The notes under the pieces were generated by a model. It was given only the letters and a program-made list of their open reading frames with translations, was not told the DNA's origin and did not search any database. Positions 19,762 to 29,066 of a DNA stretch of 64,000 bases are shown one piece after another. The position numbers and the translations under genes are program-made. This DNA is from Barthelona sp. PCE (taxonomy: Eukaryota), in assembly GCA_040285745.1 (NCBI GenBank), contig JAUFOR010000008.1, positions 558,001 to 622,000 on the forward strand, given 5' to 3'. How positions within the stretch are numbered: position 1 is the first letter of the stretch; every line of letters begins with the position of its first letter.

Positions 19762-20257
19762 ATGGAAGGTGTTGCTAGTGTCCAAACTTTCGGTCGTAAG
19801 GTATGTTTAAAGCTTCCTACAAGCTTCTAGGAAGAACTTTTTTATTTTTCTTGCTCATATTTAGAAAACCGCTGTTGCTGTTGCCCACGTTAAGACTGGC
19901 CGTGGTCTTATCAACGTAAACGGTTGTCCTCTCGAGCTCATTCAACCTCAAATGCTTCGTTCCAAGGTTGCTGAGCCTATCTGGCTTCTCGGCAGAGAAA
20001 AGTTCGCTGAACTTGATATCCGCATCCGTGTTAAGGGCGGTGGCCGTGTTGCTCAACTCTATGCCATTCGTCAAGCTGTTGCCAAGGGTATTGTTGCTTT
20101 CTATCAAAAGTACGTTGGTGAGCAGGAGAAGCGTGTCATCAAGGAGAAGTTCTTGAAGTACGATCGTTCTCTTCTTGTCGCTGATCCCCGTCGTTCTGAA
20201 CCCAAGAAGTACGGTGGTCGTGGTGCCCGTTCTCGTCAACAGACCTCTAAGCGTTAA
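19762..20257 (+). CDS. RPS16: 40S ribosomal protein S16 (uS9); intron 19801-19864
   Basis: Spliced [33 protein letters not shown]...[22 protein letters not shown]...[20 protein letters not shown]. Confidence 0.96.
19801..19864 (+). other. Spliceosomal intron, 64 nt
   Basis: GTATGT donor and CTCATATTTAG acceptor; phase 0; restores the conserved FGRKKTA motif. Confidence 0.93.
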
Positions 20258-20297
20258 GCTTTTTATTAAAATCTATCCCTATCAGTAAAAAGAGAAG

Positions 20298-20813
20298 TTA
20301 CATTGTTAATAATTCTACATTTATATACCCTAAAACGTTTTCTACAGAATATTCCAAGTTATCACAATCATAGCCAATGTGTTCAAGATACTCTACAATA
20401 TCCACATCCCATTCTAAAGTTGTTTTTAGGTCAAATTGTTCCAAAAAATTGCTAAAATACGGTTCCTCTTCAGTTTTATGAATACTGAATAAACATAACA
20501 TATCTGTTATGGTAGGTTTCGTCCGTTCGATCCCGAGGCTGATTGTTTTTGCTAAAGTAAGTGCAGTAAGTGCTTGTAAATGCCAGCTTTTAACTTTTGT
20601 GAGTTTTCTCATTTGTGTACTTACTACAAATTGTAATACAGCTGATAATATCCTCGTGTCGACAACAAGGGATGCACGACATGCTGCAACCCCATCATTC
20701 GAATTTATACAAGCTTCTAAGAGCTCATCAACATTTTCTGTGGCTTCTACAAATATATATGAAAAACTGTACTCGGGGAAACCCAATATTGCCCATGAAT
20801 CCCAAATGTTCAT
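20298..20813 (-). CDS. KEOPS subunit CGI121/TPRKB-like
   Basis: 171 aa; FPEY.F..IF.....NVDEL, SLVVDTRIL.A, K.KS....AL..L.....ISLGIER align by eye to CGI121. Confidence 0.55.
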   Translation of the reverse strand: MNIWDSWAILGFPEYSFSYIFVEATENVDELLEACINSNDGVAACRASLVVDTRILSAVLQFVVSTQMRKLTKVKSWHLQALTALTLAKTISLGIERTKPTITDMLCLFSIHKTEEEPYFSNFLEQFDLKTTLEWDVDIVEYLEHIGYDCDNLEYSVENVLGYINVELLTM

Positions 20814-21020
20814 CTCAAAAATTCACAAAAATTTAACTTACGTTGTGAAAAAGGTATGGAATGTGATTTCATCTTTTACATATTTTTAGCGCTTCTAAAT
20901 GTTTTTAATGGGGATCATGTTGATCGAAGTCTTCAAAAAAGAAATTGAATAGAGCACATTTACAAAAAAGCCCAATAAAACTGGCTTTCGCTTTTGTATA
21001 CCATTTCAACCTCACACAAA

Positions 21021-21353
21021 ATGGATCCCAATGTCAAATCGGAGTACACTCCTGCGGCGGAAGCGCCTGAACAACCCACAACTGGGGCTAATAGTACAGA
21101 AACAGAAGAACGAATTGAAGTCGTAATTCGTGATCCAAAGGACAACACAGTATATTTCCAAGTCAAAACAACCACCAGGTTTTCCAAAATCTTCACTGCT
21201 TTCTTTAAGTCCTGTGGTATTCCAGAGAATTCAATGCAGTTTACATACAACGGTAATTCTGTTGACCCTAACTCCACAGTAATGGATGTGCAGTTCAGTT
21301 CTGGTGACATCATCGATGCCCACGCGTTCCAATCCGGTGGATATCGATATTAA
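21021..21353 (+). CDS. SUMO: SUMO precursor
   Basis: Disordered N-terminus; VYFQVKTTTRFSKIFTAF, FTYNG, GDIIDA..FQSGG followed by a YRY propeptide. Confidence 0.9.
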   Translation: MDPNVKSEYTPAAEAPEQPTTGANSTETEERIEVVIRDPKDNTVYFQVKTTTRFSKIFTAFFKSCGIPENSMQFTYNGNSVDPNSTVMDVQFSSGDIIDAHAFQSGGYRY

Positions 21354-21371
21354 CGGATATTAAAAAATAAA

Positions 21372-22628
21372 TTATATCAAATCGAGATTAAGCAGTGATC
21401 CTGGTGTATTTTGGTGTTTAGTAAGTATATCTACCTCCATTTCGCGATCAGCCAGTTTCACATAACGTCTACGCCTCCTATAAATTCCCAAACGATCTGT
21501 GTATTTGGGAACATAAAGAGCATCTATCACACAAGCACGTAGCCTAAATTCAGATATGAAACCTTCTCTATATGAGAAATTTTTCGGGAAACGCCAATCA
21601 ATATCATACATATCTTCCTCAAAAGCACAATCCCATAATACCAATGGTTCACCCGGTGCAATAACGAATTGCGGTTTACGAGGAAACTTGGTCAGATCTA
21701 GCATGTCCTCCACAATTGACGGACGCTCCATCCCCCGACCGACCAAAAACAATACAGACATCATGGCTCGAACCTGATGGTAAAGGAAAGAACGACCGAT
21801 AATGATTGCTTCATAATCTCCACTGGGAAGCTTTTTGATGTCCAGCTTGAATAAAGCACGTATAAAATGTCTTGTATTCAAGACATTTGGAGAACAGAAA
21901 TTACGAAAGTCATGCTCGCCGACCAAAAACTTGGCGCCTTCCTGCATCTTACAAAGGTCGTATTCCATGTCCTCTGGATCAGAAAAAAAATAACGATACA
22001 CACGAGCTATGCATGAATGACGTGCATTGAAGCCGATGCTCACAGGTGACCAAGCCCATACCTTTAATGAATCTGGAAGAACCTTATTAAGTATGTCGCA
22101 GTAGTTTAGCTCCTCTTCAACCGAACAGAGCGGATCCTCAATTTTTGATCGTGAGCGGATGCGAAGAGAGACAACCTGACCAAATCCTGAAACACCCTTA
22201 TCTGTGCGACCACAACGTGACCAACGCAGTCCCTCCCAGTCAGAACTAGGGATTAAACAAGTGTGAACAAGTGCTTGCAACAAAACTCCTTCAACTGTGT
22301 TTGGAGACACCCTTTGAACCGAAAAACTGTGAAAATGAGGTCCAAAGTATGAGAACTTCAACGCCACATCCCTGAAATGATACCTCTCATGCTTAAACTG
22401 ATTAGTATTTTGTAACATACGCAAATATCCTCTTCTAAAGCGTTTATAGTGCATTGGTTTATCCTGCTCCAGATCAACGTCGGGGTTCTTCTCGAGAATA
22501 GAGCCTAAAATCTTCAAAATATCACCTTTGCTGACATTAGGATTGTTTAGATAATTTAGATATCCTTCTATCATATCTTGTCGTGTGGGCCCCGTGTCTT
22601 CAGGTTGTTCTGTGTTGTCTGAAGGCAT
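21372..22628 (-). CDS. PUS3: tRNA pseudouridine(38/39) synthase (TruA family)
   Basis: RDVALKFSYFG, SRCGRTDKGVS, FNARHSCIARVYRYFF, VGEHDFRNFC, SFLYHQVRAMM. First ATG at 22628. Confidence 0.9.
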   Translation of the reverse strand: MPSDNTEQPEDTGPTRQDMIEGYLNYLNNPNVSKGDILKILGSILEKNPDVDLEQDKPMHYKRFRRGYLRMLQNTNQFKHERYHFRDVALKFSYFGPHFHSFSVQRVSPNTVEGVLLQALVHTCLIPSSDWEGLRWSRCGRTDKGVSGFGQVVSLRIRSRSKIEDPLCSVEEELNYCDILNKVLPDSLKVWAWSPVSIGFNARHSCIARVYRYFFSDPEDMEYDLCKMQEGAKFLVGEHDFRNFCSPNVLNTRHFIRALFKLDIKKLPSGDYEAIIIGRSFLYHQVRAMMSVLFLVGRGMERPSIVEDMLDLTKFPRKPQFVIAPGEPLVLWDCAFEEDMYDIDWRFPKNFSYREGFISEFRLRACVIDALYVPKYTDRLGIYRRRRRYVKLADREMEVDILTKHQNTPGSLLNLDLI

Positions 22629-23059
22629 GAAATTTCTAGACAGTGTGAAAATGGAAGCAAACCAGAAACAAACCAACTTTCCTCTAAAAATTCATGTATT
22701 TATTCGTATTGCCTTTAACAATACTTTTGCGTTGGATAACATGTTCAAAAACACATAATAAATCTAAAAAGCGACGAAAGTTAAACAGGTACTTCTTATA
22801 CATGTTTTTATCGACATAAATGTCAATTATTCCGCTTTATCCTAAGTGTGGGCATAAATATCACAACAAAAAGCAACTAATTTTGACAGATGCCACCTCA
22901 GTTAAAAACGATGCATTGAACGATACAATCGGTCAATTACCCAGCAATATCATTTTACCAACATTTAAAGGTAGGATACCCACACAAAATATCCAAATAA
23001 TGTCCACAACAGAATATTTTGGATTTTCTTTTTCTCTCCCTTTCAAATTCATATTTATC

Positions 23060-23473
23060 ATGGATCTTTTCCGCCACACATCAAACATCGTCCGTAGTGT
23101 CATTAAGTATACCAAGGACCACGAAAGAATTAATATTGAGGGAAACAAAGGTGTCTTAAGTCTTGCTAAATACGCTGCTGAACATCTTGGTGAGTTGGTT
23201 TACGTAGACGCACCCGAAGTTGGTGATGAATTCTCCGTCAGCGATGAAGTTCTTGCTGTTGAATCAGTTAAGGCTGCTAGCAGTGTCTATGCTCCAGTGA
23301 CTGGTTCAGTTCTCAAGGTCAACGAAAGCCTTGAAGAGGATCCTGGTCTTGCTGGTACTGACCCTTACGGTGCCGGTTGGTTGGTTGAGATTGAGATCAA
23401 GAACGCCGCCGAGTTAGATAACCTTATGGATGAAGCACAATATGCTGAGTTCCTTAAGCACTGTGCTCACTAA
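23060..23473 (+). CDS. GCSH: Glycine cleavage system H protein
   Basis: KYTKDHE, LGELVYV, lipoyl-Lys motif VESVKAASSVYAPVTG, DPYGAGWL; the ORF upstream of 23060 is AT-rich and looks non-coding. Confidence 0.93.
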   Translation: MDLFRHTSNIVRSVIKYTKDHERINIEGNKGVLSLAKYAAEHLGELVYVDAPEVGDEFSVSDEVLAVESVKAASSVYAPVTGSVLKVNESLEEDPGLAGTDPYGAGWLVEIEIKNAAELDNLMDEAQYAEFLKHCAH

Positions 23474-23548
23474 TCGATAATACATTACTGAATTCCTCCC
23501 CTTCCCCAAAAATAAAAAAAATCTGTATTTTATTACCCAGTGTTATTA

Positions 23549-24274
23549 CTAATCCAAACCAAGTTCCTTTGCCCTCCGCACAGCGGCAGTTAAACTAGTG
23601 GGACTCATAAACTTCGAAGGTATCTCAACTTCCTCCCATATTTCATCTGTTAACATTTCTAAAGCCTGTAGTTCTTCTCTGTCCAATGTACGCTCATCAT
23701 TCATGTCGTCCAACATGCTCATTCTGCGGGAATGCTTCATTTCCTGCAATCGTTTGTGGACTTCTTCAAAATACACAGGACTCAATAGCTGACGACTGGC
23801 ACGATCATAAACTTCAGCTTTTGAAGGTGTCTTCTTCTTTGGAGTTGTCGGGTCGATCGCCATAAAGGTACGGTGTTTGTTCAAACCTAGCATCCGATGA
23901 CGATCAGCTTGATTTCCTTGATCAATCAGTGATACTCTTGTTCGGGACTTTGGCACGTCTCTCACCTGTTTTCTTGCCTTTTGCTTGGATGTAAACGTGT
24001 CTAGAGCATAACTTGGCATCTCAAACAGTTCTTCAGACATCATTGATGATTGTTGGTCACTCATGTGTTTCCTGAGTTTATGGTACATCGATTTGTAGTG
24101 CTCTGCCTCCGCAGTCGCCTTTATCAAGCGTGACTCTACCTTAGATAATCGTCCCCTAAGATAATCCTCTGTTGCACGAAATTCAGTGGCTTGCAGTTCT
24201 AAAGCTTGTAGTTTGAAATTGAATTCGGCAAGGAGCCTTTCTTTTAAGATGTTCTTAAGCTGTAATGTTGACAT
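23549..24274 (-). CDS. Coiled-coil protein, possibly a very divergent CtIP/Sae2
   Basis: 241 aa; N-terminal coiled coil; C-terminal EVYDRASRQLL...HSRR...TDEIWEEVEIPS weakly echoes the CtIP C-terminal domain. Confidence 0.4.
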   Translation of the reverse strand: MSTLQLKNILKERLLAEFNFKLQALELQATEFRATEDYLRGRLSKVESRLIKATAEAEHYKSMYHKLRKHMSDQQSSMMSEELFEMPSYALDTFTSKQKARKQVRDVPKSRTRVSLIDQGNQADRHRMLGLNKHRTFMAIDPTTPKKKTPSKAEVYDRASRQLLSPVYFEEVHKRLQEMKHSRRMSMLDDMNDERTLDREELQALEMLTDEIWEEVEIPSKFMSPTSLTAAVRRAKELGLD

Positions 24275-24458
24275 ATCGTATTAAACAAAAAAATAAATGC
24301 AAAATTTGATGAGAAAAGTAAAAAAGATGATCTACAGCTGTTAAAACCAAACAAATACCGATTTAACACCCGTGAAAAGCTTTAAAAAAAGAAAAACAAA
24401 CTTTGTTCTTCAATCGAGCTCATTCAACTTTATTACCTTTAATACATTTTTTAAGAGC

Positions 24459-25820
24459 ATGAAAAACAATTCGGGGGGCACTTTAGTGGAGGATTGGGTC
24501 CCTAAAGAAGAACCAAGTTCACCAAAGGTTATTAGCAATAATGATCAGCCTATGAACAATGGCAAAAAGAGAAGTAATAAGTCCCCTGGGAGTGATACAG
24601 TCAATCGTACTCCTAAAAAGGGTAAAACAAATGCAAATGAAAATGGGCCAAAGCAATTGAATCAAAACGGTGAGCAAAAAAGTAGAGTTCGTATTAGATC
24701 ATCATCAAAGGAAAAGAATGGCAGAAAATCAGCCAAATCCGAAAGGGTTGTCGTTGAAAATTCTAGTCCAAAAGCGAAAAAACCAAAACAAAACCAACAG
24801 CAGGCCAAAAACCAACAGCACCACAATAGCCCTAAGAAGAAGAAGAAGAACAATAGCAATAATAATAATAATAATGGTAACAGTCAGAAGGGTAATAACA
24901 ATCAACAGCCTAAGAGGCAGAATAATAAGCCCAAACAACGTGCTGCTGTGGAGAATAATGGGAATCAGCATCAGAACAAGACCAACAATCAACAGCAGAA
25001 GAAGAACAGACATAAACAAAATGGTAAGTCTGAAGAGTTGAGGCAAGAAAACAGATCGAAGCAACAGAAGAACAAGTCCAAGCAATCAAATCAGCAGCTG
25101 AATAAGTCTAACAAGCAATCTAATCAGCAACAAAGGAACAAGCCTAAGAACAAACCCAAACAACAGCAACAACAAGTAACAAAACCCAAGCAGCCTAAGC
25201 AACAAAGGAACAAGCCTAAGAACCCCCAACAGAACCAACCACAACAGCAAAAGCATAACCAGAAGAACAAACCCAAAAAGCAGGGAACTTCTGAGGTTCA
25301 GGTTAATGCAAAGAAAGAGAAAAAGTCTGTTAAGACCGTTGTACAAGAGCAGCCGATTGTAGAGAACGTGGCAAAGCTCGAGCAAAAGGCAAAGAAGAAA
25401 ATGGCAAAGAGAGTTTTTGATTTTTCCACGACTGATAAGCTACTAGCAACATCTGTTTTCAACAACATGACCATTGACGAGTTCAATGATGTCAACTGGA
25501 CAAAAAGAACCGAAAGATTCCCCGAGCAAGGTAAAATGGAATTTTTATTCGAGTTATATCAACGTTTAGGTATCTCTTTTGCATCAGAGATGATATCTTT
25601 ATTACAAAACGAAGACTTGACACCTGAAGAAAGACTCGAGAAGACTACAGCTATCGCAATGTCCCAAACACTAAGCTTTTCTGATCAAGGGTGGATAAAA
25701 CGCATCGCGTGTGACTCAGAAGAAGAGCCGGTGGCAAAGGCATTGACCAGCGCACTTGTGCACCTCTGTGTGCCATCAGAGAGATCTTTTACCTATGATG
25801 TCAAGTATCCCAAGGAGTAA
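24459..25820 (+). CDS. Q/N/K-rich low-complexity protein with a short globular C-terminus, unknown function
   Basis: Long ORF with poly-N/Q tracts and a repeated QQRNKPKN. Confidence 0.75.
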   Translation: MKNNSGGTLVEDWVPKEEPSSPKVISNNDQPMNNGKKRSNKSPGSDTVNRTPKKGKTNANENGPKQLNQNGEQKSRVRIRSSSKEKNGRKSAKSERVVVENSSPKAKKPKQNQQQAKNQQHHNSPKKKKKNNSNNNNNNGNSQKGNNNQQPKRQNNKPKQRAAVENNGNQHQNKTNNQQQKKNRHKQNGKSEELRQENRSKQQKNKSKQSNQQLNKSNKQSNQQQRNKPKNKPKQQQQQVTKPKQPKQQRNKPKNPQQNQPQQQKHNQKNKPKKQGTSEVQVNAKKEKKSVKTVVQEQPIVENVAKLEQKAKKKMAKRVFDFSTTDKLLATSVFNNMTIDEFNDVNWTKRTERFPEQGKMEFLFELYQRLGISFASEMISLLQNEDLTPEERLEKTTAIAMSQTLSFSDQGWIKRIACDSEEEPVAKALTSALVHLCVPSERSFTYDVKYPKE

Positions 25821-26796
25821 AATCATTTTCACAGCTCAATAGTTCAAATATACGAGTATCACAGTTTCTTTCAAACAGGCTGTCCTCGTCTATACTAACA
25901 AATGCGCCAATCATCACTGGATTTGCTAAATCATCGATATCAACATCAAAACCAAAATTGAACCACTTCTTCTTCTGCTGAACAAAAGTACATGTCATTA
26001 TATACTCAACGAGTAACGGAGGGAAGTCTGGAATATCGGATTTGTTGGGTAAAAACGCTTCTAGTATCAAACTTAACCAGCTTCTTTCCATCTTGAATTT
26101 TCTTGAAAGCAAACCCATGGTCACCATAACCCCGGCTCCGTTCAAAAGGTAGGAATTGAGTAACATATTAGATTGAGCGGAAACTATCTCATGGCCCCTC
26201 TTTTGTAGGATGACTTTGCACTTTGTACATAAATTTTGTAATGCATTGAATTCCCGAACAAAAAATGTATTCAGGGGGCGGGTTAACTGTGATATATCAC
26301 AACCAATAGCAAAAAAGTGCATTAGAAAGTATTCCATCAAAAAATAGGAATGACCAGCACAATAAAACTCATTAAGGCTTAATTCCATCAGCTTCCCATA
26401 GCAAAACTCAAACTTGAGCGTGTCTTCAAGTAGTAAGTAATCAATACACAAATCTTTCACTAAAAAAAAAGCAGATAAAAACGATCCGCTCAGAAAATTG
26501 TCATTAAACACTTTGAACCTTCCTTTAACCGCTCTTTCCCGGTCTTCGACATGATCATTTAGCTTTTGAGTGACAGTATTAGGTAGTTCAAACACTTTGT
26601 ACTTTTTGATGAGATTTAAGGTACAAAAACACTGATTCTCGATCAAATACTGGATAATATTGTGTTTAATGACGGGAAAATCGAACAAATGTCGGTCATT
26701 TAAAATCTTGATCCAAAGGAAATTGAGATGCTGTAAATTGCTACTTAACATGCCCACTGCGTGAACCTCGAGAAAGCCTTCCACGGATACGTTCAT
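25801..26796 (-). CDS. Hypothetical protein
   Basis: About 330-aa ORF filling the gap between neighbours; no motif recognised; 3' end overlaps the upstream gene by 20 nt. Confidence 0.65.
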   Translation of the reverse strand: MNVSVEGFLEVHAVGMLSSNLQHLNFLWIKILNDRHLFDFPVIKHNIIQYLIENQCFCTLNLIKKYKVFELPNTVTQKLNDHVEDRERAVKGRFKVFNDNFLSGSFLSAFFLVKDLCIDYLLLEDTLKFEFCYGKLMELSLNEFYCAGHSYFLMEYFLMHFFAIGCDISQLTRPLNTFFVREFNALQNLCTKCKVILQKRGHEIVSAQSNMLLNSYLLNGAGVMVTMGLLSRKFKMERSWLSLILEAFLPNKSDIPDFPPLLVEYIMTCTFVQQKKKWFNFGFDVDIDDLANPVMIGAFVSIDEDSLFERNCDTRIFELLSCENDFTPWDT

Positions 26797-26873
26797 AAAA
26801 AGATACAACCGTCTAGAAAGAGGATATAACTCACTTTACAGATTTTATCTCATTTCTCCCAAGCTTTTCTGTC

Positions 26874-28106
26874 ATGGGCCGTTCAAAAGAGAAGCCGAGG
26901 AAGTCACTGTCACGGGAAATTGATGAAGAACTCAACCCTGTAGCCAACAAAAAATACGCAAGAAAAACAGCAAATGTGGTTGTAGACGATGAAGATACAG
27001 AGATGATTTCTGAAAAGCTCCGTCAAAAGATTCTTGAAACTGCAAAAGAACAGCAAGAAGAATTGAATCCTGATTCTCAACCCACTCTTTCACGTGGTTT
27101 AAACGTTCACGAAGCGTTTTCAGATGAGGAGGGGATGAACTCCGAGGCTGAGGAGGCGTATTATCGTCACGAAGCAGTTGGTGAAGAAGACGCTGCAACT
27201 TTGGCTGCTTTCTTTGATGATGAAGACGTATTCAGTGGTGAACAGACCGAGGAACCCGCTGCAAACACCATGTGGGCAAGAATTCAAGAACAACTCAACG
27301 CGGAAGAGTACAAACTAGATATCCCTCCCAAGGTCGAAGAAGCTTATCGTATCATCGGTCAACTCATGGCCAAATATAAGAGTGGGAAGCTCCCAAAGGC
27401 ATTCATGGCTATCCCACGTTTCGAAAACTGGGAAGATATTTTAGCAATCACAGAACCTTGGAATTGGACACCACACGCATTCTTCAGGGCTATCCGCAGT
27501 TATGTAGGTCTCATGACTGACAACATGTGCTCCATCTTCTATGGTGAATACCTGCTACCGGCTTGTCGTGTCAATATGGCGAACAACCCAAACAAGAAGC
27601 TAAGCTATCACTTTTATCAAGCACTAAGGAAATCTGTATTCCGACCAAAGGCTTTCTTCAAGGGCCTCCTGTTGCCCCTTATCACGGAGGAACCTACTTT
27701 AAAGGAGGCTGTTGTCTTCGGGTCTATATTGCAAAGATCATCTCTCCCCGCTCACCATTCATGCACATTTATGATGAAACTCATGGAACTGGAGTGGACC
27801 CCGATCGTTGCTTACTTCTTTGACCTTGTTTTAGAGAAAAAATATGCTATTCCTCTTCAGTTTTTGAAGCATGTTATTGATTATTTCTTAGGTTTTTATG
27901 ATCAAGACGAGAAGCTACCTGTCGTGTGGCATAGAGGAGTACATTCTCTTTGTGCCAATTATTGTGAGCACTTTACAAAAGAGAATTGTAAGGATATTTA
28001 TAGATTAGTGAGAAAGCATACACATCATCTTATTACAATTGATATCCGAAAGGAGCTCAACAAGGCTTATCTTCATTTAACTCATGGTATTTCTCTTGAC
28101 GAATAA
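26874..28106 (+). CDS. BYSL: Bystin/Enp1, 40S biogenesis factor
   Basis: KILETAKEQQEE, YKSGKLPKAF..IP...NWE, P..WTPHA, Y.ALRKSVFRPKAFFKGLLLPL, LPVVWH. Confidence 0.95.
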   Translation: MGRSKEKPRKSLSREIDEELNPVANKKYARKTANVVVDDEDTEMISEKLRQKILETAKEQQEELNPDSQPTLSRGLNVHEAFSDEEGMNSEAEEAYYRHEAVGEEDAATLAAFFDDEDVFSGEQTEEPAANTMWARIQEQLNAEEYKLDIPPKVEEAYRIIGQLMAKYKSGKLPKAFMAIPRFENWEDILAITEPWNWTPHAFFRAIRSYVGLMTDNMCSIFYGEYLLPACRVNMANNPNKKLSYHFYQALRKSVFRPKAFFKGLLLPLITEEPTLKEAVVFGSILQRSSLPAHHSCTFMMKLMELEWTPIVAYFFDLVLEKKYAIPLQFLKHVIDYFLGFYDQDEKLPVVWHRGVHSLCANYCEHFTKENCKDIYRLVRKHTHHLITIDIRKELNKAYLHLTHGISLDE

Positions 28107-28268
28107 ATTCAGCTTTTTTCTTTTTTAATCTCAAGAATTAAATGAGAATTGTCGTAAAATAAGGCCTACCAGTGCAATAATTATTGTTAAAACTTTCAAT
28201 GATAAACAACCACACAAAAACTCACTTACGCGAATTTCACTAATTTCACATACTACTGATACCGCATA

Positions 28269-29024
28269 ATGAGTGACGATCTTGTTTGGAGTTGCGTAGG
28301 AAAGGGCTTTTGCAGCTTCCGAGTCAAAGCTGCACACACAGATTTTTGCAGGAACCCACATTCAGTAACGGGTCTTTGCAACAGAAGAAGTTGCGAGCTG
28401 GCAAACTCCCTGTACGCCACTGTTACAGAAGAGAAGGGCAAAGTTTTCTTGATGATTAAACGTCCAGAGCGTGTTAATTATCCTGTACGCACATGGGAGA
28501 AAGTAGAATTGCCTCGTAATTACAACGAGGCTCTTGAAAAGATTGAAGAATTGCTCCAATATCACTCCACATGGCAAAAAGTGAAAGCTAAATATCGCTG
28601 CACGAAAATTTTCAAATATATCACACGTGTGCGTCAACTCAGAAGGGAGTTTGAGCCCCAACTTGAGACAATCAAGAAGAAGGAAGAACGTCGTGAACGT
28701 ATTCGTGAACTCAAGGCTATTGCAGCGGCAAAACTTGAAACCTCCATTAAACAAGAGTTATTAGAGAAATACAAACGGGGAGAGTATGATGACCTTTATA
28801 ACTTTGCACCAGAAGAGTACGAGAAGTTTTTGGTTGAAGAGATTGAGACAACCAAATTTGTTGAAGATGATGCTGATTTTGATGAGTTATTCACTGATGA
28901 TGATTTCACGTCTGAATCCGAGATGGAAGATGAGATTGTTGATATTGAAGATATCTTAGGTAAACAGGAAGTTGAGGTTGAAGTGACTGACGTTAAATCC
29001 GATAAAATTAAAGTTTCCTCTTAA
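28269..29024 (+). CDS. MAK16: 60S biogenesis protein MAK16
   Basis: DDLVWSC...FCSF, FCRNPHSVTGLCNRRSCELANS.YATV, AAKLETSIKQELL, acidic tail. Confidence 0.95.
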   Translation: MSDDLVWSCVGKGFCSFRVKAAHTDFCRNPHSVTGLCNRRSCELANSLYATVTEEKGKVFLMIKRPERVNYPVRTWEKVELPRNYNEALEKIEELLQYHSTWQKVKAKYRCTKIFKYITRVRQLRREFEPQLETIKKKEERRERIRELKAIAAAKLETSIKQELLEKYKRGEYDDLYNFAPEEYEKFLVEEIETTKFVEDDADFDELFTDDDFTSESEMEDEIVDIEDILGKQEVEVEVTDVKSDKIKVSS

Positions 29025-29066
29025 ATAAGTAAATGGAATATACCCCATATGGGGTGATATATTAGC

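Noticed and set aside
22820-23059. 80-aa N-terminal extension of GCSH (likewise extensions on MVD, PSMB4, SUMO, dynamin)
   Set aside because: AT-rich promoter-like sequence with no family similarity; downstream ATGs match the family starts.
26813-26834. 22-nt GTGAGT...TAG micro-intron on the minus strand
   Set aside because: No usable upstream exon (ATG AGA TAA) and no branch motif.
15016-29024. Operon-like cluster of RNA/ribosome genes
   Set aside because: Mixed strands and unrelated genes are interspersed; this is expected in a compact genome rich in housekeeping genes.
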